Assembly (NCBI GenBank): GCA_016928395.1
Contig: JAFGKV010000143.1
Span: 1 to 63,148, forward strand
From: Candidatus Fermentibacterota bacterium
GTDB taxonomy: Bacteria; JAFGKV01
Direction: 5' to 3'
DNA: 63,148 nt
Shown here piece by piece: positions 26,509 through 36,528 of this stretch; within the stretch, counting starts at the first letter, position 1; each line of letters begins with the position of its first letter. The position numbers and the translations under genes are program-made. Under the pieces are notes generated by a model. The model was not told the origin of the DNA, searched no databases, and worked only from the letters and a program-made list of their open reading frames with translations.

Positions 26509-28147
26509 GCGTCAACCTCGCCGATCCGTCTCGGTGGGGATCATGGCGGCAGTGTGCCTTTCCTGCGGGTCTGGGGCCCGCACCGTTCGCCCTACGCGGG
26601 AAGACCCGTACGTCCATGCCATAGCCGGGGCCATGGAAGAACAGAATCGCCGGCTTTCGGCGGCATTGCGGGAGTACGCCGCGGCAGCACACATTGAAGA
26701 CTCCCCGTACCTGTGGCACAAGGTCGGAACACTGTCGCTCAGAGTGGGCGATGTCGAGCGTGCGTCCTCGGCCCTGGCGGTGGCGGTGCATGGCCCCGAT
26801 GCGCCCATCCCATGGCTGAGGCAGGCTGCCGCGGTGCACAGCCTATCCGGACGACCGCTGGAAGCGCTCAAGATACACCTGCGCGTGCTGGACGCACAGC
26901 CCGGCGATCACGGCTCGGCTCTGGCTGCAGCCAAGATCCTCGTGGGCATAGACGAGAGCGATAGCGCTGCGGCTGTGCTGGAGACAATGGATCCTCCCTG
27001 GCCGATGGAACGAGCGCTGGCACTGGATCGAGCCCGGCTGCTGCTGAGCGTGGGCCGGCCCGATCTGGCGTCAACCCTGTGCGAATCGCGAGGAAGTGGC
27101 GACCCCGAGGCCCTTCTCATCTGTGCGGAGGCGTTGGGCTCTCTGGATCGTGTCGATGACGCAGCCAGGCACTACCTGCGGGCGGCCGGGGAGGCCAGAT
27201 GCCAGGAGCGCATAGCAGACCTGTGCTTCCAGTCGCTTCTACGCCTGGGACGACCCGCCGAGGCCGCCGAGGTGGCAGCGTGGTCCCAGGAGTGCCCCGG
27301 CAGTCCCGGTGCCTGGGTCACGAGAAAGGCGTTGGCACTGGCCATGAACGATCGACGGGAGGAGGCGCAGGACCTGCTCCACGCTCGATTGCGCATTGAG
27401 CCCGACGACATTGCAGCCCTTGATCTTCTGGTGTCGATAACCCACAGGATTGGCGAGCACGGAAGGATGGAGTCTCTTCTCCAGCGGGGAATTGCGCGTT
27501 TCCCCGAGGTATCGTGGCTTCGGCTGAGACTGGCAGGGTTCTACCGTGACACGGGCCGGACCGTCGAGGCGGCGCGGGTTCTGGAGGGTATCGGCGCACG
27601 CGTCGACACCTCGGTGACAGCGGCATGCATGGCGGGGCTGGCCGGTGCAGGCTTCCCGGACCGGGCCGTCGCGCTAGCTCTTGATGGGCAGGCGGTCAGT
27701 ACGGAGATAGCATTCCAGGTCGCGGCCGGTTGGGAGCGTCTGGCCTGCATCCGGCACAGCATCGCAGCGTTTGAAGAGCTGCTCCGGCAAGAACCCACCA
27801 ATGCTCTGGCCTGCAACTACCTGGGCTACATGCTGGGCGAACGAGGCCTGCATCTTGATCGTGCAGAAAGCCTGGTGCGGTGCGCATTGAGCATCGAACC
27901 TGAGAATCCCTACTACTTGGACAGCCTTGGATGGATCCTTTACCGTCAGGGGCGGCATGCTGAAGCTCTCACACTATTGCGGCGAGCCCTGGCCGAGACG
28001 CCTGAGGAGCCTGAAGTCATGAAGCATCTCGGCATCGTACTCTACGAGACCGGCTCCATCGAAGAGAGTCGCACCCTGCTACGACGGGCCTCGGAGGCAA
28101 TGCCGTGGGACATGACGATTCCGGTGATGGAGGAAGAGCGTCAATGA
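26507..28147 (+). CDS. TPR repeat lipoprotein
   Basis: CLSC lipobox; NYLGYMLGE..P.NPYYLDSLGWILY motif. Confidence 0.82.
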   Translation: MRQPRRSVSVGIMAAVCLSCGSGARTVRPTREDPYVHAIAGAMEEQNRRLSAALREYAAAAHIEDSPYLWHKVGTLSLRVGDVERASSALAVAVHGPDAPIPWLRQAAAVHSLSGRPLEALKIHLRVLDAQPGDHGSALAAAKILVGIDESDSAAAVLETMDPPWPMERALALDRARLLLSVGRPDLASTLCESRGSGDPEALLICAEALGSLDRVDDAARHYLRAAGEARCQERIADLCFQSLLRLGRPAEAAEVAAWSQECPGSPGAWVTRKALALAMNDRREEAQDLLHARLRIEPDDIAALDLLVSITHRIGEHGRMESLLQRGIARFPEVSWLRLRLAGFYRDTGRTVEAARVLEGIGARVDTSVTAACMAGLAGAGFPDRAVALALDGQAVSTEIAFQVAAGWERLACIRHSIAAFEELLRQEPTNALACNYLGYMLGERGLHLDRAESLVRCALSIEPENPYYLDSLGWILYRQGRHAEALTLLRRALAETPEEPEVMKHLGIVLYETGSIEESRTLLRRASEAMPWDMTIPVMEEERQ

Positions 28148-30483
28148 ATGCCCATGCGGCTCGCGTGCTGGAACTTGATCCTGTTCGGCGCTTGCTGGTC
28201 CGTTGGATAGCCTCGCCCTTGGGCACTGCGCGGCTGGAGCGGCTGCGTCCATCACAATCAAGGCGTGTGGTCACGACCCGGCTTGCTCGCACCAGGGAGG
28301 CCATGGACCTCATGAGAGGGGGCGAATCGCCTCCACTGGAGGCCATAGCGGATCCGGCGCCCATGATTCGACGAGCGGGCGCCGATGCAGTGCTCTCAGG
28401 CGAGGAGCTTCATGCCGTGGGGGCGTTTGTCTCCGAAGGCGTTCGTCTGGGCGAGTTTCTGCGTCGCCCGGCCTGCCCCGAGCTCTGCGCCTTGCTCAAG
28501 GGCATTTCGGCGAGTGCCTGGGAAGAGCTGGAACGAGCCGAGACGGCAGTGCGAACGGCAATCGACGAGAATGGGGCAGTACGGGACGAGGCATCGCCCG
28601 CACTGCGCACCATCCGGGCTTCTCTTCACGCCATCGATTCCCGCGTCAGAGACGCAGCCCATCTGGCGATGAAAGATCTTGCCGTGCGGGAGGCCTTGCA
28701 GGAGACCGTCGTCCACTACCGGTCCGGGCGTGCCGTGTTGCCCGTACGAGCATCGATGAAGGACAAGGTCAAGGGAGTGCTGCGGGATGTCTCGGGAAGC
28801 GGAGCGACACTCTTCGTCGAGCCTGTGGAGGCTGCCAAGCTGAGCCGCCAGAAAGAGCGGCTGCTGAAGGAACAGGACAGGGAGGAACGCCGGATCCGCC
28901 GGGGACTGACCAGAAGAATCGCCGAACTGGCGCCTGCGCTGAGTTTGCTCAGGGCAGTAGTCGCGCGGGTCGAAGTGGTGTTCGCGGCGGCGGCCTTCGG
29001 GCTGTCCCGCGGGGGTGTCTGCGCCGAGCTGTCCACAGATGGGCGGCTGGAGCTTTGCAGCATCTACCATCCCTTGCTGCCGGAGGACAGCGTTCCGCTC
29101 TCACTGAGCCTCGACGCCGCTACCCGCACCCTGCTGATCACCGGCCCCAATACCGGTGGCAAGACAGTCGCCGTGAAGAGCGTGGGCCTGACCGTGCTTA
29201 TGACCGCTTGCGGTTTGCCCGTGTTCGGGCGCGAGGGGACGGTGGTGCCGTTGGTTCGCGATATCTTGGCGGACATCGGCGATGAGCAGTCCATCGAACA
29301 ATCGCTGAGCACCTTCAGCGGTCATATGTCCAATATCGTAGGCGTCATCCGGCGCGTGAAGGAAATCGGCGAGGGCTGCTGCCTTGTCCTGTTGGATGAG
29401 CTGGGCGCCGGCACCGATCCGGCCGAGGGCGAGGCGTTGGGGTGTGCCGTATTGGAATGGCTACACCGGGAAGGCGGGCCCCATCTCAGGATCCTGGCCA
29501 CAAGCCACTTTGCCCGCCTCAAGGAGTTGGCGGCCAGTGAGGACGGCATGGCCAATGCTCGCATGGAGTTTGACCCGACGACATTGCGCCCCACCTTTCT
29601 GCTTTCCATGGGAGCCGCGGGAGCTTCGCAGGCATTTCCGGTGGCCCAACGACTGGGCCTGCCTTCGGGCGTGCTGGCACGCGCCAGGGAGTTTCTGGGA
29701 CCTGAGAGGGTCGAATTCCAGAAGCTGGTAGCCTCGATGGACGCCGAGCGCCACCACCTGAGGGAAGCGCGAAGCCGGGCTGACGAGCTGGCACGGAATC
29801 TTGAAGACGAACGGCGCATTGCCAGAGAACAGGCCTTGGAGGCCCGAACCCAGGCCGTCAAGGCCCACGATGCGTTCAGACGTGACGCGGAGGAGGTTCT
29901 GGAGTGGTCTCGCCGTGAACTCAAGAAGGCGCGGGCGGAGGAGGGTGTCAGCATCGCCCAACGCCGCCACGTTACCCTGCACGAGAAGCTGATGTCGGTG
30001 GCTCCCGATCCGGCTCCCGCAGAGAGGCAGAGGCTTGCCGCGGAGCCTTTCCTGCGACCTGGAGACCAGGTCGTGATCGCCGGGGTGGGAAGGGGTGTGC
30101 TGGAGGCGGTCAACGACGAGACGAGTCTGGCGGCAGTGCTGGTGGCGGGCAAGCGGGTGGAAGTATCGCTGAATCAAATCGAGAAGGCATCCCCGCGTCC
30201 CCAGAGCGCAGCCTCCTACGTGACAACGCCCGAGGAGACGGTGGGCGGTGAAGTCCTTTTGGTGGGGCTGCGCGCGGATGAGGCCCGTGACCGGGTGGTG
30301 CGGTATCTTGATGACGCCAGGGCTGCAGACATGGCCACTGTGCGCATTGTCCACGGGCTGGGCAGGGGAGTCCTTAAGGAAATCGTCCGGGATGCTTTGC
30401 GCTCCCATCCTGGTGTGGCAAAGTTCCGGACCGGATCGCCCCAGGAAGGAGGTCACGGCGTCACCGTTGCGTATCTTCAGTAA
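28144..30483 (+). CDS. mutS2: endonuclease / ribosome-collision factor MutS2
   Basis: ITGPNTGGKT, DIGDEQSIEQSLSTFS, DELGAGTDP; KOW and Smr (IVHGLGRGVL) domains. Confidence 0.95.
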   Translation: MNAHAARVLELDPVRRLLVRWIASPLGTARLERLRPSQSRRVVTTRLARTREAMDLMRGGESPPLEAIADPAPMIRRAGADAVLSGEELHAVGAFVSEGVRLGEFLRRPACPELCALLKGISASAWEELERAETAVRTAIDENGAVRDEASPALRTIRASLHAIDSRVRDAAHLAMKDLAVREALQETVVHYRSGRAVLPVRASMKDKVKGVLRDVSGSGATLFVEPVEAAKLSRQKERLLKEQDREERRIRRGLTRRIAELAPALSLLRAVVARVEVVFAAAAFGLSRGGVCAELSTDGRLELCSIYHPLLPEDSVPLSLSLDAATRTLLITGPNTGGKTVAVKSVGLTVLMTACGLPVFGREGTVVPLVRDILADIGDEQSIEQSLSTFSGHMSNIVGVIRRVKEIGEGCCLVLLDELGAGTDPAEGEALGCAVLEWLHREGGPHLRILATSHFARLKELAASEDGMANARMEFDPTTLRPTFLLSMGAAGASQAFPVAQRLGLPSGVLARAREFLGPERVEFQKLVASMDAERHHLREARSRADELARNLEDERRIAREQALEARTQAVKAHDAFRRDAEEVLEWSRRELKKARAEEGVSIAQRRHVTLHEKLMSVAPDPAPAERQRLAAEPFLRPGDQVVIAGVGRGVLEAVNDETSLAAVLVAGKRVEVSLNQIEKASPRPQSAASYVTTPEETVGGEVLLVGLRADEARDRVVRYLDDARAADMATVRIVHGLGRGVLKEIVRDALRSHPGVAKFRTGSPQEGGHGVTVAYLQ

Positions 30484-30599
30484 GGAGACGGTTCGCTGCG
30501 TGCGGTTCCCTGTTCAGAGTCTGAGCCTTGGAGGAACCTGTCGGCAGGACTGAACCCTTGACCCTAAGCACTTGCCCGACAAAGGGAAAGGAGTCGACT

Positions 30600-31067
30600 A
30601 TGGACAGCAGGAGACGCGGGCTTTTCTTTGATGAGTTTGAGCAGGGTCTGTCCATCCTCACTCCGCGGAGGACCATAAGCGAGGCAGACATTGTCAACTT
30701 TGCCGGCCTCTCGGGTGACTTCAACCCCCTGCACATGGATGAGGAGTTCGCCCGCACGACTCCCCACGGTGGGCGTATCGCCCATGGGATGCTCAGTGCC
30801 GCTGTCTCTTCTGGTCTGGCCGCCTTGACTGGAATCTTTGATGGCACGGTAGTGGCGCTGTTGGAGGTTGATGCCCGATTTGTGGGTGTCGTTCGAGCTG
30901 GCGACACGGTGCAACTTGAACTGGAGTTTGGCGCAAAGAAGAAGGCCCCTCAGGGGGACAGTGGATTGGTGGTGCTCAAGACCACACTTCGCAATCAAAG
31001 GTCAGAGGTGGTCTCCGAGGGCAAATGGAAACTTCTTGTCCGGTGCGCGGGGGCGCCGTCTCAGTAG
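30600..31067 (+). CDS. MaoC family dehydratase
   Basis: FAGLSGDFNPLHMD..IAHG; AAGGAG SD. Confidence 0.92.
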   Translation: MDSRRRGLFFDEFEQGLSILTPRRTISEADIVNFAGLSGDFNPLHMDEEFARTTPHGGRIAHGMLSAAVSSGLAALTGIFDGTVVALLEVDARFVGVVRAGDTVQLELEFGAKKKAPQGDSGLVVLKTTLRNQRSEVVSEGKWKLLVRCAGAPSQ

Positions 31068-31097
31068 CCTCGTGCACGGCGAGGCCTGGAGGACTTC

Positions 31098-32129
31098 ATG
31101 CGTATTCTTGTGACTGGCGGAGCCGGCTTCATAGGCTCCAACTTCGCCCGTCTAGTGACGAAGGAACGCCCAGAATGGGAGACCATCGTCCTGGACAAGC
31201 TGACCTATGCCGGGAACCCTGCCAATGTCAGGGATTTGCGCGCCATGCAGGGGTTCTCCTTCGTCCAGGGTGATATCTGTGACAAGGCGTTGGTGGGCGA
31301 CCTGATTCCCGGGTGCGACGCAGTGGTCAATTTCGCCGCTGAGACCCATGTGGACCGATCGCTGGCCGGCGCCGATGACTTTGTGCGGACCGACATCCTC
31401 GGCACCAACACCATGTTGGAGGTCGTTCGCCACCATCCTCGGATTCGCTATCTACAGGTCTCCACCGACGAGGTCTACGGCAGCCTGCCCACGGGTAGCG
31501 CCGTGGAAGACTCACCTCTGAACCCCGGCAATCCTTACTCCGCCAGCAAGGCCGGCGGCGACCTGTTGGCCTTGAGCTACCACAGGAGCTTCGGGCTCGA
31601 TGTGGTGATCACGAGGAGTTCCAACAATTTCGGCCCCTACCAGTACCCGGAGAAGGTCATGCCGCTGTTCTTGACCAATGTGCTGGAGGGCAAGCCCGTT
31701 CCCCTGTATGGTGACGGCATGAACGTGCGGGACTGGCTGTTCGTCGAAGACAACTGCCGGGGTGTGCTCACCGTGCTGGAGAAAGGCGTCTCGGGCGAGG
31801 TCTACAATATCGGCGCAGGCAATGAGCTCCCTAACATAGAGGTCACCATGATGATCCTGGATGCCGTCGGCGCCTCATCCGACATGATCCGCTATGTTGA
31901 GGACCGACCGGGCCACGACCGGCGTTATAGCCTGAAATGCGATAAGATTGCCCGGCTTGGATGGGCGCCTTCGGGGGATTTCCCCGGCCAGCTTTCCCGT
32001 ACCGCGGCGTGGTATCGCGACAACCGCGCCTGGTGGGAACCCTTGAAAAGCGGGGAGTTCAAGGACTACTATCGTCGCATGTACGAAGGTCGCCGTGGGT
32101 ACTCGGAAACGTCGCCTGTTTCCGGATGA
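31098..32129 (+). CDS. rfbB: dTDP-glucose 4,6-dehydratase
   Basis: GGAGFIGS, DKLTYAG, AAETHVDRS, STDEVYG, YSASKA and DRPGHDRRY motifs. Confidence 0.96.
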   Translation: MRILVTGGAGFIGSNFARLVTKERPEWETIVLDKLTYAGNPANVRDLRAMQGFSFVQGDICDKALVGDLIPGCDAVVNFAAETHVDRSLAGADDFVRTDILGTNTMLEVVRHHPRIRYLQVSTDEVYGSLPTGSAVEDSPLNPGNPYSASKAGGDLLALSYHRSFGLDVVITRSSNNFGPYQYPEKVMPLFLTNVLEGKPVPLYGDGMNVRDWLFVEDNCRGVLTVLEKGVSGEVYNIGAGNELPNIEVTMMILDAVGASSDMIRYVEDRPGHDRRYSLKCDKIARLGWAPSGDFPGQLSRTAAWYRDNRAWWEPLKSGEFKDYYRRMYEGRRGYSETSPVSG

Positions 32130-32794
32130 TGGAGGGTAGGACAACGCACGCGGATCATTTCGTCGCCATCGCCGGCAACATTGGTGTGGGCAAGACCCGG
32201 CTGACGCGTGAAATCTCACGGTTGCTGGGCTGGAGCCCCTACTTTGAGCCCGTAGACATCAACCCCTATCTTGACGACTTCTATGCCGACATGAACCGAT
32301 GGAGTTTCCACCTCCAAGTGTACTTCCTCTCCAAGCGATTCATGATGCACAAAGATCTGGTGGATATGGGAGTTCCCTGCATTCAAGATCGCAGCATTTA
32401 CGAGGATGCCGAGATCTTCGCGCGCATACTCCACTCGCGGGGCCAAATGGACGAACGAGACTACGAGAACTACGCAGCCCTGTACCGCGTCATGACCCAT
32501 TACCTGCGTCCTCCCGACCTCATTATCGGGCTCTGGGCTTCCGTTGACACCCTCGTCCATCGTATCTCCCTGCGGGGCCGAAGCTGCGAGAAGACCATAA
32601 GCCGCGACTACTTGGAGGAGCTGAACGACGCGTACTCCTCATGGTTTGGGAGAGCCGGCGGCATCACGCAGTTCATGCTGGTTGACACTGATCGCATCGA
32701 CCTGCTCCGGGAAGAGGAAATGCACGGTCTGGTTGAGGAGGTTGCGCGCCGGGTAGGATACCAGCTCGAGTTGCCTCTGGAGCGATCATCCTGA
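32126..32794 (+). CDS. deoxynucleoside kinase
   Basis: AGNIGVGKT, NPYLDDFY and QDRSIYED motifs. Confidence 0.92.
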   Translation: MMEGRTTHADHFVAIAGNIGVGKTRLTREISRLLGWSPYFEPVDINPYLDDFYADMNRWSFHLQVYFLSKRFMMHKDLVDMGVPCIQDRSIYEDAEIFARILHSRGQMDERDYENYAALYRVMTHYLRPPDLIIGLWASVDTLVHRISLRGRSCEKTISRDYLEELNDAYSSWFGRAGGITQFMLVDTDRIDLLREEEMHGLVEEVARRVGYQLELPLERSS

Positions 32795-32826
32795 GCGGGT
32801 CTTCCCCCACGGGGCCGACCAGTCTC

Positions 32827-34794
32827 GTGTTCCGCTTCCTCAGACCCTACGCGGGCAGGCTGATACTGTCGCTGGTGTGCATGATGTTCTTCTCCCTGCT
32901 CAGCGGGGCCACTCTCGGCATGATTTCTCCCTTTGCCCGGGCGCTGTTCCAGCCCGAGATATCCCTTGATGCGTCGGTGGGGGAGACACATGCAGCTCCT
33001 CCATCCGACTTCGCCCCTCTGGCAGCAGTGCAAGGGATGGCCAATCGGGCCAAAGGCTGGGCACTTCGTCTCGTCTCGGGCGCGACCCCCTATGAGACCC
33101 TTCAGCGCGTATGCGTCGCAGCCCTGGCGCTCTTCCTGATCAAGGCTCTGTTCTGGTATGCCCAGGCATACCTGTTCGCCACGGTGGAACAGGGTCTGAT
33201 CCGTGACCTTCGCCACGCCCTGTATGGCCACATCCAGGGGCTTTCCCTGTCGTTCTTCCATTCGGTTCGAACCGGTGACCTGGTGTCCCGCATCACCAAC
33301 GACGTCACCTTGGTGCGCACCATGATCCGGGGCATCATGCGGGATCTGCTTCAGAAGGCGTTCGAACTCGCGGTCTACCTGATTATCGTGTTCTGGGCGA
33401 GCTGGCAACTGGCGCTGGTATCGCTGGGTATCTTCCCCCCCATAATGTTCATCGTCGCCCGGATCGGAAAAAGGCTCCGAAGACAGAGCGTCCGGGCCCA
33501 GGAGCGAATGGCCGACATCTCCAGTACGGCCCAGGAGCGCATTGCGGGAATACGGCTGGTCAAGGCCTCCCACACTGAAGACCAGGAGGTTTCTCGGTTC
33601 TCCATGCTGACCGGTTCCTATTACCGCGCCATGGTGAAGATGATCCGTCTTTCGCAGCTCAGCGGCCCCCTGGCCGAGTTTCTGGGCGCAGTGGGAGCTA
33701 TCTCGGTGCTCATCTTTGGCGGCAAGCTTGTCCTTGCCGATGATGCCCTTTCAGCGGACCGGTTCCTGGTGTTTTTGGCTGCGCTCCTCTCCACCATGTC
33801 ACCCGTTAAAGCGATATCCAAAGTGCACAATGAAGTGCAGGAGGGCTTGGCCGGGGCTGATCGAGTCGCTCAGATCCTTCGGGAGCGACCTATGGTCACC
33901 GAGCGGCCTGATGCCCGCGACGTCCGGGACATCCATCAGGGAATCCGCTTCAATGACGTGCATTTCCACTACTCCAATGGCCGCGGTCCGGCGCTCCGGG
34001 GTGTGTCCTTCACGATACCCGTGGGCCAGGTCACCGCGGTGGTTGGCCCCTCGGGGGCAGGCAAGAGCACCATCGCGGACCTGCTGGTGCGCTTCTATGA
34101 TCCGACCCAGGGCGCCGTGCTCCTCGACGATGTGAGTCTACCCGGCATTACGCTTTCCTCGTTGCGGGCCATGACGGGGATCGTGAGCCAGGAGACCATT
34201 CTGTTCCACGACTCCATCGAAGCCAATATTGCGTACGGCTGTTCCGCTGCCGGCAGGGAACGTATTATAGAGGCAGCTCGAGCCGCCAATATCCACGATT
34301 TTATCGCCTCCCTCCCCGACGGCTACGCCACGACCGTGGGTGAGCGCGGCGTCCAGCTTTCGGGAGGTCAACGTCAGCGGATCGCCATCGCCCGGGCCAT
34401 ACTGCGTGATCCACGGCTCTTGGTGTTCGATGAGGCCACCAGCTCTCTGGATACGGAATCCGAACGGCTCGTGCAGGAGGCGATGTCGAGATTGATGGCC
34501 CATCGTACGTGCTTCGTCATTGCCCACCGGCTCTCGTCCGTGCAAAACGCCCATCAGATCATCGTACTGAACGATGGACAGATCGTGGAACAAGGTTCCC
34601 ACGCAACCCTCTTGGGCCAGCGGGGATTGTACTGGCGGCTCTACCAGTGGCAGCTTTCAGGAGAGGGTGCCGCCGCCGTGGATACCCCAGGCACAGCCCT
34701 TGAGGAAGAGAAAGACGCACCCTCGATAGCCGACCGGCGGGTGATCCGAAGAGAAGGGGAACCGGCGGACGGGAGGATTGATACCACGCCGTGA
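32827..34794 (+). CDS. MsbA-like ABC exporter (permease + ATPase)
   Basis: GPSGAGKST, LSGGQRQRIAIARA and DEATSSLD motifs; N-terminal TM domain. Confidence 0.92.
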   Translation: MFRFLRPYAGRLILSLVCMMFFSLLSGATLGMISPFARALFQPEISLDASVGETHAAPPSDFAPLAAVQGMANRAKGWALRLVSGATPYETLQRVCVAALALFLIKALFWYAQAYLFATVEQGLIRDLRHALYGHIQGLSLSFFHSVRTGDLVSRITNDVTLVRTMIRGIMRDLLQKAFELAVYLIIVFWASWQLALVSLGIFPPIMFIVARIGKRLRRQSVRAQERMADISSTAQERIAGIRLVKASHTEDQEVSRFSMLTGSYYRAMVKMIRLSQLSGPLAEFLGAVGAISVLIFGGKLVLADDALSADRFLVFLAALLSTMSPVKAISKVHNEVQEGLAGADRVAQILRERPMVTERPDARDVRDIHQGIRFNDVHFHYSNGRGPALRGVSFTIPVGQVTAVVGPSGAGKSTIADLLVRFYDPTQGAVLLDDVSLPGITLSSLRAMTGIVSQETILFHDSIEANIAYGCSAAGRERIIEAARAANIHDFIASLPDGYATTVGERGVQLSGGQRQRIAIARAILRDPRLLVFDEATSSLDTESERLVQEAMSRLMAHRTCFVIAHRLSSVQNAHQIIVLNDGQIVEQGSHATLLGQRGLYWRLYQWQLSGEGAAAVDTPGTALEEEKDAPSIADRRVIRREGEPADGRIDTTP

Positions 34795-36353
34795 AGCGCC
34801 CGGTTCCCTTGTACGTACGGATACTCCGGATAGCGGCTATCGGTATACTCTACGGGTTCCTCAACAAGGCCGGGATCCTCTTCGCCGGATCTTTGGGCGT
34901 GTCATTGGTCTATCCTGCCTCCGCGTTGGGTGTCGTCGCTGCCCAGTTCTGGCGGGTGGAGACAGGATGTGCCGTGTTCATGGCAACGGTGCTCACTCCC
35001 TGGCATGCCGCCAATCCGTTCTGGCTGATGATGGTCTATGGTGTGGGCAATGTGATAGAGGCGCTACTGCCGACACGACTTCTCCGCCCCGTCGCTCCGG
35101 GCAAGGAGATCATGACCGCGGTACGGGTTGTGTGGGGAACCATCGTGGTGAACACCCTTCTCAATGCGGCGTTGGGGGTAAGCGGGCAGGTCCTGACTGG
35201 CCGGTGGCAGAGCCTATCTGATGCCTCCCAGGCCTTGTGGTCATGGTGGGTATCCGACGCCATCGCAATCGCGATCTTGGCCTTTCCCGTGCTTGGCCTC
35301 TTCAAACAAGGGCTCTTCCTGGCAGGCCACGAACGAATCCCTCCTAGGCGCGCATTTCCATGGCCCGGCACTGCCGTCGTGGTGGTTTCTATCATCGGCG
35401 TCGCCACTTTCGGAGGGTGGATCGCTGCGCGGAGCCTGATCACGTCCAACTGGACGATGCTGCTGCTGCTCTTTCCCTTGGGATGGATCACGGTCAAACG
35501 CGGGCTCCCCGGTGGCGCGTGGGCCTATGGCGTGACGGGGTGTGTCTACTTGGCTACCGTCGGCTTCCACGCCCGGGACTACCGCCTACACGAACGCCCC
35601 GATGAAGTGCTGGCACTCTACGGAAACCTGCTGGCGTACTTTTCCTTCGTGCTGTTTGGCGGTGTGATCTCCAGCAGAAACATGGAGCTTGTGCGGCGGC
35701 TTCATGCCCGTTTTCAGAACCTTCGCTCCTCCTTCGACGCCGCGGTGCTGGCCTTGGGTGCGGCCATCGAAGCGAAAGATCCCTACACCGAGGGGCATGT
35801 CGAGCGGGTTGCAGATTCGGTGGAGCAAATCGCCCGGGTTATGGGCGTGGAAGGAGAGGATCTCGATCTCGTTCGGTACGCCGCGCTCCTGCACGATGTC
35901 GGCAAGATCGCCGTCCCGGAGTCTATCCTGACCAAGCCTGGGCCTCTCACCGTCAAGGAGAGGGAAATCATGGAACGGCATGTCGAGACCGGCCCTGCCA
36001 TTCTGGAACGCATCGGGTTGCTGGAGGAGGCCGCCCCTCTCATCCGGTATCACGAGGAGCGGTACGACGGCAAGACCGACGGACCCTATGCCGGGGAGTT
36101 CGGGCTCAGAGGATCGGAGATTCCCCTGGGCGCACGGATCATCGCCGTGGCCGATGCGTATGACGCCATGACCTCCGATCGTCCCTATCGCAAGGCATTC
36201 ACCCAAGAGAAAGCCCTGGCTGAACTCCAGCGTAATGCCGGAAGCCAGTTCGACCCCGAGGTGGTACGGGCGTTCTTCCGGGTTCTCGAGGTCTCCCCCG
36301 CGAGCCTATCCGCCGGCACTCGCAGCGGCCGGCGCTCCCGAAGACGACACTAG
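34791..36353 (+). CDS. MASE1-like membrane sensor + HD-GYP phosphodiesterase
   Basis: About 9 TM helices; KDPYTEGHVERV, LLHDVGKI and IIAVADAYDAMTSDRPYR motifs. Confidence 0.88.
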   Translation: MKRPVPLYVRILRIAAIGILYGFLNKAGILFAGSLGVSLVYPASALGVVAAQFWRVETGCAVFMATVLTPWHAANPFWLMMVYGVGNVIEALLPTRLLRPVAPGKEIMTAVRVVWGTIVVNTLLNAALGVSGQVLTGRWQSLSDASQALWSWWVSDAIAIAILAFPVLGLFKQGLFLAGHERIPPRRAFPWPGTAVVVVSIIGVATFGGWIAARSLITSNWTMLLLLFPLGWITVKRGLPGGAWAYGVTGCVYLATVGFHARDYRLHERPDEVLALYGNLLAYFSFVLFGGVISSRNMELVRRLHARFQNLRSSFDAAVLALGAAIEAKDPYTEGHVERVADSVEQIARVMGVEGEDLDLVRYAALLHDVGKIAVPESILTKPGPLTVKEREIMERHVETGPAILERIGLLEEAAPLIRYHEERYDGKTDGPYAGEFGLRGSEIPLGARIIAVADAYDAMTSDRPYRKAFTQEKALAELQRNAGSQFDPEVVRAFFRVLEVSPASLSAGTRSGRRSRRRH

Positions 36354-36528
36354 CGGCCCTGGATACCTGGAGTCTGGGAGTGCACACGGCGCCCCCAGGG
36401 TGAGCAAATGTGAACCTCGAACTCCTCGCGGCCGGGTCTACTGCCCCCTGCGCGGCGAGGAGATTCACCATCAGCCTCATTCGATCTCGGCGGCACTCAG
36501 GGCCTTAAAAGCAGCGCTGATTCTCATA

